A DNA stretch of 63,531 nucleotides, the filler included, from Octopus bimaculoides (lineage: Eukaryota), in assembly GCF_001194135.2 (NCBI RefSeq). It is 4 parts of 4 records of this genome, joined end to end, with 100 filler letters (N's around TTAATTAATTAA, not from the genome) between each part and the next. Parts side by side here need not be neighbours in the genome. Positions count along the whole stretch, not along the records: positions 1 to 16,885 come from NC_068984.1; 3 more parts are not named here. The stretch is one strand, 5' to 3'. A program made the translations under genes and the position numbers. This document shows positions 1 through 13,499 of the stretch, in pieces (within the stretch, counting starts at the first letter, position 1; the number at the start of each line of letters is the position of its first letter). Under the pieces are notes generated by a model. That model worked only from the letters and a program-made list of their open reading frames with translations. It was not told the origin of the DNA and did not search any database.

Positions 1-18
1 AGCCAGGCTATAGTGCTA

Positions 19-19
<1 letters not shown>
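1..19 (+). mobile_element. Probable Helitron 3' terminus cut by the window edge
   Basis: gccaggctatagtgCTAG|t parallels gccgggctatactaCTAG|t at 57735-57753. Confidence 0.45.
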
Positions 20-52
<33 letters not shown>

Positions 53-54
53 AT

Positions 55-1990
55 ACAATATCCCACCGAACTTAAATTTAGACAAATCGTAGCAGGCCCG
101 AACTGTTAAACACACGGACTGAGCAACTGTTTAGATATATTACTGAAATCTATTCTAAAATACATGCAAAGTCTTGTGAGAGACGACCTGGACTTGTTAA
201 ACTACCTCCCAAAATCCATAAACAATGATACCGCTATTGTATCTTTTGATGTGGTAAATCTATATACCACAATCTCAAACTTCTGGCTTGAGAAATTCCC
301 TCATGAAATTCTGGAGAGAATTGAAAAGAGTTTCATCACTGAAGGATTAAAGTTTATCCTCGAAAATAACTTTTTGACTCCGATGGAAATATTTAAGAGC
401 AAATATCAGGGACTGAGATGGTGACAAAAGTTGCTCCGACGTACGCTAATCTAGTCATGGCATACATGGAAGTCCAGATATATGAACAATCTAAATTAAT
501 ATATGGTTTGGACTTCCACAAATATCTACTAGAAAACTGGAAACGTTACTTAGATGATTGCCTAATCCTATGGATGTACACATTTAAAAAGCTTATAGAT
601 TTCAAAAATCTAATCAACAGCATAAACAATAATATTAACTTTACCATGGAATACAGTAAAACTCAACTACCTTTCCTGGATATACTAATCATCAAAAGAG
701 ATAAAATCATTCAAACAGATGTTCACTACAAACAAACAGATTCTAAACGATACTTACTATTCTCCTCATGCCATCCCAAACACACGAAGTTTAATATTCC
801 CTTTAATCTGGCAAGAAGAATCTGCACAATTGTCTCAAACCCTCAAACTTGCAATAAAAGACTCCAGGAACTAAAACAAGTACTACTTTAAAGACAATAT
901 CTATTAATGCTAATAGACAACGAAATAGAACGTGCCAAAGCACTAAATATCGAAGAACTACGAAAAACGCTCCAGATACATCCAATAATCTACCCTTTAT
1001 TACAACACACAGGAGTACTCCGTCGGTTACAACGACAAGGGCCCCAGCTGAAATGATCAGCGGAACAGCTTGCTTGTGAAATTAACGTGAAAGTGGCTGA
1101 GTACTCCACAGACACGTGTACCCTTAACGTAGTTCTCAGGGAGATTCAGCGTGACACACAGTGTGGCAAGGCCGGCCCTTTGAAATATAGGTACTACTCA
1201 TTTTGCCAGCTGAGTGGACTGGAGCAACGTCAAATAAAGTGTCTTGCTCAAGGACACAACGCGTGGCCAGGAATTGAACTCACGACCTTACGATCGTGAG
1301 CCGAATACCCTAACCACTAAGCCACGCGCCTTCACACAACTCACAACCCAAGAAACATAGAGGTTTACAATATTATCCACCAGAACAACCCACCACTAAA
1401 ACAAGATCTAAGAGTGAAACAAGCATTTGAAATACACAAAATAATCAAAAGTAAAAGACAATCAAGGTCCCTCAAAAATTTCCTCACAAGTGCTGAATTA
1501 CATTCCACAATTCCTACACCAACAGTCAAGAAATGTGGNNNNNNNNNNTCACAAGTGCTGAATTACATTCCACAATTCCTACACCAACAGTCAAGAAATG
1601 TGGTCGCCCCAATTGCGGGACTTGCATCAATCTTATTGAAGACACAACATACAAATTCAAATCAGGACAGACTTTTACCATAAAAAATCATTTTACATGT
1701 TCTTCAAGGAATTTAATATACGCTATCAAATGTCAACGATGTAATTAAAATTACATAGGCCAAACAAAGCTTACTCTAAGAAATAGACTAACCATTCACC
1801 GACAACAAATACGACACCTCAGTACTAGACAGATCCCACTGAGTGGTCACATGGACATATTTGCAAAAACTAAGTCTCCCAAATTCCAGGTCTTCCCACT
1901 CTACCTATGTTCAGCGAATACCACAGATGACGCACGGATAAACAAAGGAAATACTTTCATACAAACCAAGACTTAACAAACTTTAACAGA
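55..1990 (+). mobile_element. Decayed Penelope-like retroelement (RT, Zn-finger linker, GIY-YIG endonuclease; probably Neptune-type)
   Basis: FRQIVAGP, SFDVVNLYT, RYLDDC, LPFLDI, SSCHPKH, KCGRPNCGTC and LIYAIKCQRCN*NYIGQT, with frameshifts and stops. Confidence 0.88.
1011..1335 (-). mobile_element. tRNA-derived SINE (family B) nested in the Penelope element
   Basis: tRNA-like head at the right end; body shared with 19862, 42690, 45060 and 50170; 9-bp TSD acaacacac/acaactcac. Confidence 0.85.
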
Positions 1991-2699
1991 GTACTTACAC
2001 AAATAACTATTCACACACAAAATTCATTGTGCCACTTATCATGAAGAATCTACACAGCTAACAACCTAAATTTTAACCATTAGACTACATACAAACGACT
2101 CCTGTCCACTCTCCCACTAGACAGATTAATTTTGGTCTATCTTGATTACAACTAAACATGTTCACTCAACCGTGTCGGCCCTCTTTTTAGGCGCAAAATA
2201 TACTGTCACGTGACACTAACGCACGGACAAAGTGGAAACGTACAAAAGGTTATAAACTTAATCATGTGTTCACTCTCTACAAACACTTGATAGAAAACAT
2301 TCAGAGCATTGATTGTTTGAACTTGTTCAGTCAACCGTGTTAGCCTTAACTTACGACACCAAACATTGTCATTTGATACTAATACACGGACATAGCGGGG
2401 AACCGACACAAATTTCTAAGACCAGTCATGTGACTATCCTCTATCAATCAAATCCTATTAAAAACATATATTGATTTGAGCCATGAACTCCTTATAAAAA
2501 CAGGCTAAACTTCAAACACTAGTCAGAAGCAAGACAGCTGCGACATAAGCCATATCTTTTTATTTGAACTTTTTGAAAATCAGCGTAAAATGTAAAACCG
2601 GTTAAAGCTTCAAATATTTTGATAAAAAATATTCTAACTATTCTCAGTGCATTTTCAACTTCTATTTTATATATATATATATATATATTTCATATGCAC

Positions 2700-3330
2700 T
2701 TTACCAAGATGGCAGCAAAGTGCAGACAACTAGCAGGATGGATACTAAGGCTCTTCAAGACAAGAGACCAAGAGGACATTTGATTTCAGCCGCCTAGACT
2801 TCTGCTCTCAGCTATGGTCACCACATGGAGACAAACTAACAGCGGAGCTTGAAGCAGTCCAACGTCACAACACTAAAAAGATTGAAATACTGCTGCGGAT
2901 GAGCTACAGGAAGAGGCGGAAAACACTGCGACTTTACTCCTTGGAGCGAAGGAGCGACAGATATGTAATAATCTACATATGGAAAATAGTAGAAGGGCAT
3001 TGAATGTTATACAAATGTCAGAACTAGACACCATTGTATTGTACTAAAAGTACCATCCACTCCATCCAAATTCAACTAGATACTGCAATAGCCTAGGGTT
3101 CAAAGGCCTGCAGCTCTTCAATGCCCTGCCACAAAAATTAAGAAATCTACATAATGTAGATGTAGATGTCTTCAAAAAGGAACTAGACATCCTCCTCTCC
3201 ACAATACTAGATGAACCGATGGCCTGACATGAGGTACAAACGAGGACGGCGGAATCAAACTCTCTCATACACCAAATGAGCCAACAGGAAGGACAAAGGC
3301 ACATACAGGAGTGGTGATTTGATACCCTCC
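2700..3330 (+). mobile_element. CR1/L2-type LINE 3' RT fragment
   Basis: LYSLERRRDRY and NSLGFKGLQLFNALPQKLRN...FKKELDILL. Confidence 0.65.
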
Positions 3331-4099
3331 CCCACCCCACCCCCAGCCTGAGGAAATCAATCAGCAAAATCACTGTGGTGCATCAGCAGGGCCGCAGTTG
3401 CATGGCTGAAACGAATAAGATAATAAAAGAATATATACGTGTGTGTGTGTGTGTGTGTGTGTGTGNNNNNNNNNNNNNNNNNNNNNNNNNNNNNNNNNNN
3501 NNNNNNNNNNNNNNNNNNNNNNNNNNNNNNNNNNNNNNNNNNNNNNNNNNNNNNNNNNNNNNNNNNNNNNNNNNNNNNNNNNNNNNNNNNNNNNNNNNNN
3601 NNNNNNNNNNNNNNNNNNNNNNNNNNNNNNNNNNNNNNNNNNNNNNNNNNNNNNNNNNNNNNNNNNNNNNNNNNNNNNNNNNNNNNNNNNNNNNNNNNNN
3701 NNNNNNNNNNNNNNNNNNNNNNNNNNNNNNNNNNNNNNNNNNNNNNNNNNNNNNNNNNNNNNNNNNNNNNNNNNNNNNNNNNNNNNNNNNNNNNNNNNNN
3801 NNNNNNNNNNNNNNNNNNNNNNNNNNNNNNNNNNNNNNNNNNNNNNNNNNNNNNNNNNNNNNNNNNNNNNNNNNNNNNNNNNNNNNNNNNNNNNNNNNNN
3901 NNNNNNNNNNNNNNNNNNNNNNNNNNNNNNNNNNNNNNNNNNNNNNNNNNNNNNNNNNNNNNNNNNNNNNNNNNNNNNNNNNNNNNNNNNNNNNNNNNNN
4001 NNNNNNNNNNNNNNNNNNNNNNNNNNNNNTATATATATATATATATATATAAACAGAAGCTAGACAAAAAAAAACGGATGATATAGCTCTCTGTTTCAT

Positions 4100-5130
4100 C
4101 TTTTTCTCTTTTAGATATTTACATTTAAATAAGTTAAAATACGCGACCTGACTGATTTCCAAACGAGGACAAATTGTTAGACGGCGGATGAATGGGGCCG
4201 AAGACACTAAAACTGCAGAAAATATTCAATGTTTCAAGAGGCACACTCGCTAAAATCATGTTAGCATTCCCAAACCAAGGTAAAATCAACTCAGCAAACA
4301 TAATCCTGGACGGAAGCAAAGCCAGCAGAGAGGAACCGCAAACAGTGAAATGCTTATTGTCAAGAAACAATCGTAAAAGTAAAAGTGACATCAGAGTTAA
4401 ACCAACACTTTGCTAACCCCATGTCAACCAAAGCTGTTTGTCGGGAATTCCATAAAGCTGGATACCGTGAGAGGACTGCACTTGTTAAAACTCTCCAATC
4501 TTTATCAAGAGTGGACAATATCTCAATGAAACAATGTCCTCTTCTCTGATGAATCATCATTCGCCCTTTTCCCCGTCTCAGAGCGAGTTTATGGCTGGAG
4601 ACAACCCAGAGAAGCCTTCAATTGACGATTTGGCTCACACCGTAAAGCATTGTTGACGGCTCTGATGATTTTAGCAGTCAATTCTTTTGGCCCTTTAGTT
4701 GTTCTATATGTGAGACTTGACGCCAAGGATTTGAATATTGTGGCTAATCATATTCATCCTATGATACAAACAATGTTCCCTGATGGTAGCACAATCTTCC
4801 GAGATGATAACGTGCCGATTCACAAGGCTAACGTTAGTCAAAATTGGTATGAAAAGCACAAAAGTGAAGTAGACCACATCCACCAAATTTCAATATAACT
4901 GAATATTTATGCTGCACTTTGAAGCAGCAAGTGAGAAGCCGATTCCCTCTACCAGCGTCTCTGAAAAAGCTGGTTTTGTTTGAAGAATGGCTCAAAATTC
5001 TCCTAACAACCTGTACGAGTCAATTCCTCGATGTACTAAAGCTGTGATTGTTGTCAAAGGTAGATCAACTCCGTATAAAATAACAAAATTTTCATGTAAC
5101 AAGGACGATATTACTACTGTTTAACCCATG
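4100..5130 (+). mobile_element. Decayed Tc1-like transposon
   Basis: Remnants LTDF.RGQIV, FSDESSF (first D), FRDDNVPIH (second D) and an NxxE region. Confidence 0.75.
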
Positions 5131-5440
5131 GAAATTTCTTTTCCAGCTTGCTACTGACATAGTTTGTGTCCGTATAGTATGAGCAAGGGGCGGGGTGTTA
5201 TCGCTACCATGTCTAGCCTTCGTGATACTCACAAACCTAAGTTTCTGGGTTGTTTCCCGTCTTCGATGTGAGACAATCACAAGCTACTGATGAAAGCTTA
5301 TTCGACTTGCTCATACTATATATTTTTTAAAGCGATACACAGTCACTGATCTCGTAAAAAGAGATCAATTAGTTTTAAATCTTTGAACGAGAGATAAGCA
5401 TTACCAGTACCGAATAGTAAAGTTTATTTGCCAGCAAAAT

Positions 5441-5651
5441 GTGTATTTATGTATGTGTGTGTCTGTGTTTGTCGCCCCTCCATCGCTTGACAACTGATAC
5501 TGGTGTGTTTATGTCCCCACAACCTAGCGGTTCGGCCAAACATTGATAGAATAAGTATAAGTCCTGGGTTCGATTTTTTCTACTAAAACCCTTTGAGGCG
5601 GTGCTCCATCATAGCCGCAGTCAAATGACTGAAACTAGTAAAAGAATAAAA

Positions 5652-5652
<1 letters not shown>
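5441..5652 (+). mobile_element. SINE family A, 3' half
   Basis: Matches the 3' part of the full copy at 40550-40965. Confidence 0.8.
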
Positions 5653-5711
<59 letters not shown>

Positions 5712-8700
5712 TAGGGTGATGCAAAAAAGAGGGTCAAAAATTACTTTTTTCAATTTTCAGGGAGACACCCTCCTCTTTTATTCATATTCCTAAGAAAGCA
5801 TTGTATGCGAAATTTGGGGTTGAAAGAGAGAAAATTAGAGGTTGCTACCAAGCTTTAAAAATAAATGTATATCAGTTTGTGTTCAAAAATATTGTTTTGT
5901 TGATATTTTCGCCAGAACCGGTTTGATACGTACCTAGTTAACCTAGTTTGAAGAAATACGATGACATTCTAGGCTATAGTACGTAGTGAGGTACAGCGTA
6001 TAGCGCGTTAAATATTTTTCTATGTGGGAGTTTCCCCAGTAGGCATATCATAACCACTTATGTTAGTTTATTTTTGTTTTTTGTGAAGCAAGAGTAATGT
6101 TTTCTTGCTTTTGTTTGAGAGTGAATGACCTGTAACTTTCAATAATTTGAAGAAGGTATTGTTTCTGCTCTTCATCATTGATTATCAGTTTGTTGTATTC
6201 CTCCATCAGTAGTACACCTCTTTCTGCAATGTCGTTTACCTTACCACTTTGAGTCCATATGCGATATCTCTTGCATTCGCATAACCTTCATCATCATTCC
6301 ATTCTTCAGCATCTTTTTCAGGAACAGTGCAAGGCACTTCTAGGATTTCAAAGAATCTTTATGTGTTGGCAGTAACGAAATCCTGCAGTTACTTCTGCCC
6401 AGCTGATTCGGGATTTATTGATGCTCGTTTGCTCAGTTTTGAGTCAACTGTTTTCTGCAAAGCATGCTTCATTTTGTTTTTTGTCTCATGCGAAACAGCT
6501 GAGTCAAAAAATGCAAGCGCCACAAGCTCCTCAGAGAGGTACCAGAAATGTCTCAAAGACTTATTGAGTGCAGCACTAGCAATTTTCTAGTCCTTCTGCT
6601 TGTAGAGCTGCAGACTTTGCACAAAATGCAAATCAGAAGGGGGGCGCGCATGAAGGTATGGATGCCAGGTACCACGATCTGATGTGCATCGCAGCTGAAA
6701 AGCAGCAAACATCTCTCAGTCCTTTTCCCTCTCTTTCAGTTAGTTTAAACTGAGATTTAAACATCCAAATTTTAATGCAGTAAATTAGCTTGGCCATCCA
6801 TCGTGTTCTGTGATAAGCTCCGGGTGATAAGCTCCGGGTGATAAGCTCTGTAATAAGCTCCTGACTTGGTGGTACTACCGAGGAAAATGAGCGCTAGCTC
6901 GAGCAATTCCTTGTAGTCATCACGAGGCTGCTGTTTATCAAGCTGAGCTTGAGCAAACTGAATGATTTCTTCAGCATCTGAGATTTTCTCTGCAATGTTA
7001 GGGTCATATGTTGCTGTTTGGTAATTGTTCTTGTCAATTTCCACCCACTTTGCTTTGAATCCCTTAAACAGTTGTATGTCAGGGCCAGTAGAAGATGGCA
7101 AGGAGACAGAAACTACAGCTTCTAACACTATTTCGAAAATATGATGTCGGCAAGCCGGCCACAGCATATCTTTATCCAGTCTTTGCTCTAGTAACATATA
7201 AACACCACTCTTAGAACCTGTGTTGGAGGCAGTGGTGCCAAAACACATGTCCTTCACTTGGTCAGATATATTCCACTCCAGTACTAACTGATGGACAGCA
7301 TTTGCAATGTTTTGACCAGTTCCTCTGGCGAGTTTCGGAATACCAAGAAGCTGATCAACTCCTTGGCCGGAAATTAGAACCGACAGTCGTTCAACATTTT
7401 CATGACCAGTAATATCTTCTGTTAGATTGCCGTCCCAATGTATTTTGAGAGGGCAATTTGTTTCAAAATCCTGCTTCAAATTTTCTGCCATTGTCTTGCG
7501 GATCCTTTGTCTTGCTCTCCGTATCGATGAATAACTAACACTGTACTCTTTAGGGTTTTGACAAAGAGCATTGATTGTTGGGCTCAAGATTGCCGAAGCA
7601 GCTCCATCACTTACTTTTGCAGCATCAAGAGATACAAACACTGAAGAATCCACAAGCTTTGCAATCTTAGACTTTGATCTACTTTGTCTCGGAGTTGATG
7701 GCTGCTGAGGGTCAGCAACAAATTCTTCTTCTTACGTTAAACTATCTTGATTCAAATTTGAAGGACTTGAACTTGAGAGCACTACTGTTTCGAAAACGGC
7801 TGTTTCCCTCTTTCTTTTCTTTTCAAGCAATGTTTCCTTTTCTCTAACAACCTCTTCCATTCGTGAAAAAACTTTATCCCCTCCAGCCATCTTGCCTTTT
7901 CTCCCTTTTTGTCGTTGCAGCATCAAAAACTCACGATCTTCATCTATCTTTATCATGTCTAGAGCACTTGCATATGCAAAGTCAAACAGATCTTCCAAGT
8001 CATTTTGCCAACCTCTCTTGTTTTTGAAATATTGTAGTCGATTGCTTCTTCTTATTACTTCGGTTCTTCTTTAGTTTCTCCCACTCGTTGATAAGTTACT
8101 TTACTTCCTCCACGACATGATATTTCAATACTGTTGGGATGCGTGCCTTTTCCCGCATCTCCATAACATCTCTCGCAGTCGACAAAACCGCTGTTTTCAT
8201 TTGTTGCTTTCTTTTGTTCTTGTAGTTCATAAACAAAGCTAATGTTTCCCTCTTAGATGGAAGCTGGGTTTCCCTGAAGGATTCTATAGGATGTCTTATG
8301 AGCCAAACAACTGTTTTGTGACGTGTATGCCGCTCCATGAGTGCAACTCAGCAACAGCTATAGTTCTATACAACCACTCTCAGCGAAAGCAGCAAAGATA
8401 CTGAGTCAGTGACACCGCACTTAGACTAACGCGACCGCTACAGTGACATCACAGCAAAGAAATGATTCTAGAATGTTCGGCCACGGCGTCTATAGCAATG
8501 AAAGGGATGAAAAGGTTTATGGAAAGAGGTTCAGAGTCTGTTATGACTGCTACATGTTGCTGACTACCATTTTTGCTGAAATCTACAAAATAAATAAATG
8601 TATAATAAATACAAACTGAAAAATAACTATATATAAAATGTTCAGTGGATGGTAGCAATCGAATGGGTTCAGTTGTGCTGAAATTTTGCATGTTGAGTTT

Positions 8701-8772
8701 TTGCACTAAATTAAATAAGATTAGAGGCTGTCTTCAAGTTTTTGGAATGATAAGTTATTTTGCATCCCCCTA
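5712..8772 (-). mobile_element. Full-length decayed hAT-superfamily (hATm-like) DNA transposon, 3061 bp
   Basis: TIRs tagggtgatgcaaaa / revcomp tagggggatgcaaaa; minus-strand transposase pieces HWDG, CFGTTASNTG, WPACRHH (CxxH) and GAYHRTRWMAK; flanked by (TA)n. Confidence 0.8.
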
Positions 8773-8814
<42 letters not shown>

Positions 8815-8910
8815 CAAATAGCCTCATGAATGATCGATTTTTGCTGATACTAAACACTTATTAATTTCAATATCTCCATTTTCTTATTATTCATGTATAT
8901 GTATGTATAA

Positions 8911-9515
8911 CGAGGTCTGATCAATAAGTATCCGGAGTGTTGCCATAGTATTGAAGCTAGAGCACACAGAGTGAAGCCGCTAGGCAAAGATTGACTTTGA
9001 ACTCAGTTGTACATGTGCACTAAGTTTTAACGTTCTAGTTTATTTTCGCTGTTTACAGCAGTGCTTGGAAGGAAGGTGTGTAGCGTGTGATCGTCGCATT
9101 AACCATGTCAAAGAGAGTTGTCATGGCGATATTTGCTCAGAGGCCTACGCAAAGTTGTAGAAAGTATATGGAGAAGAGTGTATGAGCCGCACACATGTGT
9201 ACGAGTGATTCAGACGTTCCCAGGATGACCGAAAAAATGTCGATAATGACGAACGTTCTGGGAGACCCGTAACCAGCAGAACTGAAAAAAACATCATTGT
9301 GCAGCTGGGAGGGGAAATCGTTGAATTAATCCGTGAGTTATCTGAGGGTGTGCAGATTAGTTACGGTTCAGTTCAGTCCATTATCACTGAAGATTTGGGT
9401 ATGAGACACGTGTCTGTCAAGTTTGTACCAAAACTGCTTTCAGCTGACCAAAAAGACACTCGGATTTCAGTTGTACAAGATCTCCTTGATTGTGTCGAGA
9501 ACGATGAGAACTTTT
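8911..9515 (+). mobile_element. Mariner transposon 5' part, cut by a gap
   Basis: TIR-like cgaggtctgatcaataagtatccgga after TA; HTH ...SYGSVQSIITEDLGMRHVSVKFVPKLLS (WVP-like motif). Confidence 0.8.
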
Positions 9516-10199
9516 NNNNNNNNNNNNNNNNNNNNNNNNNNNNNNNNNNNNNNNNNNNNNNNNNNNNNNNNNNNNNNNNNNNNNNNNNNNNNNNNNNNNN
9601 NNNNNNNNNNNNNNNNNNNNNNNNNNNNNNNNNNNNNNNNNNNNNNNNNNNNNNNNNNNNNNNNNNNNNNNNNNNNNNNNNNNNNNNNNNNNNNNNNNNN
9701 NNNNNNNNNNNNNNNNNNNNNNNNNNNNNNNNNNNNNNNNNNNNNNNNNNNNNNNNNNNNNNNNNNNNNNNNNNNNNNNNNNNNNNNNNNNNNNNNNNNN
9801 NNNNNNNNNNNNNNNNNNNNNNNNNNNNNNNNNNNNNNNNNNNNNNNNNNNNNNNNNNNNNNNNNNNNNNNNNNNNNNNNNNNNNNNNNNNNNNNNNNNN
9901 NNNNNNNNNNNNNNNNNNNNNNNNNNNNNNNNNNNNNNNNNNNNNNNNNNNNNNNNNNNNNNNNNNNNNNNNNNNNNNNNNNNNNNNNNNNNNNNNNNNN
10001 NNNNNNNNNNNNNNNNNNNNNNNNNNNNNNNNNNNNNNNNNNNNNNNNNNNNNNNNNNNNNNNNNAAGTATACACATTCATATATATATGTGTGTGTGTG
10101 TGTGCGTGTGTATGTATGTATACATATGTGTGTATATATATATATATACATATACATCTTGTGTGTGTATGGGTGTACGTCTACTGTGTAGGCTGCGTG

Positions 10200-13040
10200 C
10201 TCCGTTGACAAGCCTCTACTATTTCGTCAAAAAGTTCTGAAAATGGTTCATCTGATCACCAACAAAAGTATTGCCACTTTTGGATCAACTATTTGTCATA
10301 TGTACACTATTGAATGACAAAAGAGACGCCTTCCTCATGCACACATGCTGTTTTGGTTACGTGAAAGAGATCCGGAACTATTCGAAACTGTGGACCATGA
10401 ACATGGACCATGAACATGGACCATGAACAGATGGTTCATGGTCCATGTGATATAATGAATTTCAATTCTATTTGTATAAGGGATGGTAAATACACCAAAC
10501 ACTATCCAAAGGAATTTTTAGATGAAACTCAAACGGGTTGTAATGGTTATCCACTTTACAGATGTCGTAAACCATGCCAGGGAGGCAGGGAAGATTCAGA
10601 GCAAGCATTAGAGTACGACAGAATTGTCAATCAGAAATTGATAACAAGTGAATTATTCCATATATCCAATACTGTGCAAAATTTTCAACGCGCACATCAA
10701 TGAGGAATTTTGCAATTCTTTCAAATCAATCAAGTATGTTTGTAAGTATATAAATAAGGGATCTGATATGGCAATGATTGGGCTAAAAGATATAGATAAA
10801 AATGATGAGCTAACATGTTACCAGATGACTCGATATATTAGCAGCAATGAGGCAGTATGGAGACTTTTCAATTTTCCAATTCATGAAAGGTATCAGCAGT
10901 AATTCATCTTGCCGTACATTTAGAAAATGGGCGGCGTGTAATCTTTAATCCTGAAAATCCCCAGCAAATTATGCAGCAAATACAAACTCCTCCAGAAAAA
11001 AACACTTGCTGCTTTCTTTAAACTTTGTAACCAGGACTCATTTGCTGCAATATTACTCTACCAAACAAGTCCCAAACTTCTATCCATGGATTCAAACTAA
11101 TAATATGTGGAAGAGAAGGGCAAGAGGGAGAGATGTTGAAGGATGGCCTGGAATTAAGAAAGATGATGTACTCGGAAGGGTCTATACTGTACATCCAAAC
11201 AACTTTGAATGCTATTTTCTTCGCATGTTACTTTATGTGGCTAGAGGACCAAAGTCTTTTCAAGATCTGAGAATGGTTAATAGTTAACTATGTGAAACTT
11301 ATCGTGAATCATGTCACAGACAAGAACTGTTAGAAAGTGATTCTCACTGGTATAACACGTTAACTGAAGCAGCTGTTTCAAGTTCTCCCATTCAGCTGAG
11401 GAATTTATTTGCAATTATGCATCACACATGTGACCTGTCCAATCCTAAACGGCTATGGGAGAATCACAAGCATGAACTAAGTGAGGATGTTCTCAATCAT
11501 GCTCAAAGGGAAAATCCAAACCTTGACCTTCAATTAAATGATTATATTCTCAATGAGACTTCGATAAAGCTTGAGAATAAACTCCATCATTTGGGAAGGA
11601 AAGTTCTAAATGAGTATGGATTGCCATCTACTAACAAACCACAACAAAATTTGTGCCGTGAAATTCTCGAAGAAACGTCCTACAATTTAGATGCTCTAGC
11701 ACAGTTTGTCACAGAAAATGAGTTTAAGCTTCAACAATTGCAAAGGTATGCATATGATACAATCACGATGCAGTCAAGCATGAAAGAGGGGGTGGTATTT
11801 TTGGATGCTCCTCGTGGTACAGGAAAGACATTCCTAATTAATTTACTTCTTGCTACAGTAAGCCAGCAGAATCAAATTCCTTAGCTGTTGCATCTTCTGG
11901 TATTGCAGCTACCCTCCTCAAGGAGGTGGGGGAGAACTGCTCATTCCATGTTCAAGCTCCCTCTAAGCCTTGCAATGAAAGAATTTCAAATGTGCAACAT
12001 TTCCAAAAGCTCTGCAATAGCAACAGTTCTCCAACAAACTCGCTTCATTGTTTGGGATGAGTGCACTATGTCACATCGTGAAGCTCTAGTACCCTCCAAG
12101 ACATAAAAAACAATAGCACGTTCATGGGAGGATAAACAGTTCTTCTTGCAGGAGATTTTCGTCAAACATTGCCAGTTATCCACAAAGGATCAAAAGCTGA
12201 TGAGATCAATGCGTGCTTAAAAAAGTCGTACCTTTGAAAAAATGTGAAAAACTTCATCTTACAAGCAACATGACAGTATTTCTACGAGGTAATCATACAG
12301 CTGGTGAATTCTCAGAGGAGCTTCTTAAGATTGGTCTTGAGATATTAACATTCAACCCAAGACTTCAGCTGCATGAAATTACATACTGTCAAATGGTACT
12401 TTCTCTTATGGATCCTATGGATAAAGTATTTCCTAATTTAACTGTTAATTACACTGATGTAAACTGGCTATGTGAAAGACTTATACTGGCTCCAACTAAT
12501 GAAATGGTTGATAAACTCAATCATGAACTTCTTCAAAAGTTAACAGATACATCAGAAATGACTTTTTGATCAATTGACACAACAATCGATCAAGATCAGT
12601 CTGTTCAATACCCTGAACACACACAAACCCACTGGGATGCCACTGCATAACTTAACACTAAAGCTAGGTGCTCCCATTATTTTGCTTAGGAATCTTGACT
12701 CACTTCACCTGTGTAATGGAACTCGCTTAATTTTTACTTCCATGAAGCTCCATGTCCTAGAGGCAACAATCATAACAGGTAGTCACAAAGGAGAAAATGT
12801 TTTTATTCCAAAGATTCCTCTCATACCAACAGATGCTCCATTTGAATTTAAGAGGCATCAGTTTTCAATCGAACTAAGTTTTGCTATTTCAATCAACAAA
12901 TCTCAGGGTCGATCCCTCAAGGTAGTTGCACTTGATCTCTTTACTACATGCTTCTCCCACGGCCAACTCTATGTTACTTGCTCACAAGTTGAAAGCAGCA
13001 ACAATTTGCTTTCAATTATTCATTTGGACACCATAAATAT
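10200..13040 (+). mobile_element. Decayed Helitron RepHel (Rep plus PIF1-like helicase)
   Basis: HUH motif E*QKRRLPHAHML, MVHGPC, YVCKYINKG, Walker A DAPRGTGKT, Walker B WDEC, GDFRQ and SINKSQG; many stops and frameshifts. Confidence 0.92.
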
Positions 13041-13156
13041 TGTTTACCCTGCTTCAAGATTAACAAATTTTCAGTTCAAAATTCTATTAGCATTACAATT
13101 TGGATTTTTAAAAATAAAATATAGATATTTTAAAATAATAATGAGAAAAAAATATA

Positions 13157-13367
13157 TACTCTTTTACTTGTTTCAGTCATTTGCCTGTGACCATGCTGGA
13201 GCACCGCTTTTAGTCGAGCAAATCGGCCCCAGGACTTATTCTTTGTAAGCCTAGTACTTATTCTATCGGTCTCTTTTGCCGAACCGCTAGCTTACGGCGA
13301 CGTAAACACACCAGTATCGGTTGTCAAGCGATGTTGGGGGGACAAACACAGACAAACACAACCATAT

Positions 13368-13400
<33 letters not shown>
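13157..13400 (-). mobile_element. SINE family A, 3' half
   Basis: tactcttttacttgtttcagtc tail; body identical in plan to other copies. Confidence 0.8.
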
Positions 13401-13401
<1 letters not shown>

Positions 13402-13499
13402 GCGAGCAGATTTGTATGTTTTGTTTTATGTATGCATTCTCATGCATATACTTGCATATCTAGGCATGTTCATATATACTTAAATGATAAACTTCTGCA

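Noticed and set aside
1489-1600. Direct repeat tcacaagtgctgaattacattcc...gaaatgtgg across a 10-N gap (same pattern at 17897-18052)
   Set aside because: Identical sequence on both sides of a tiny gap indicates overlapping contig ends, not a real duplication
2203-2250. GAAACGTA with a cact/agtg stem downstream of the first Penelope element, a possible hammerhead
   Set aside because: No CUGANGA-like core at the right spacing and no adjacent stem I
3357-4207. Long ORFs spanning N runs (also 9299-10240, 28159-28557, 41276-41977, 55029-55513, 58935-59576, 62142-63077)
   Set aside because: Artefacts of translating gaps and flanking microsatellites
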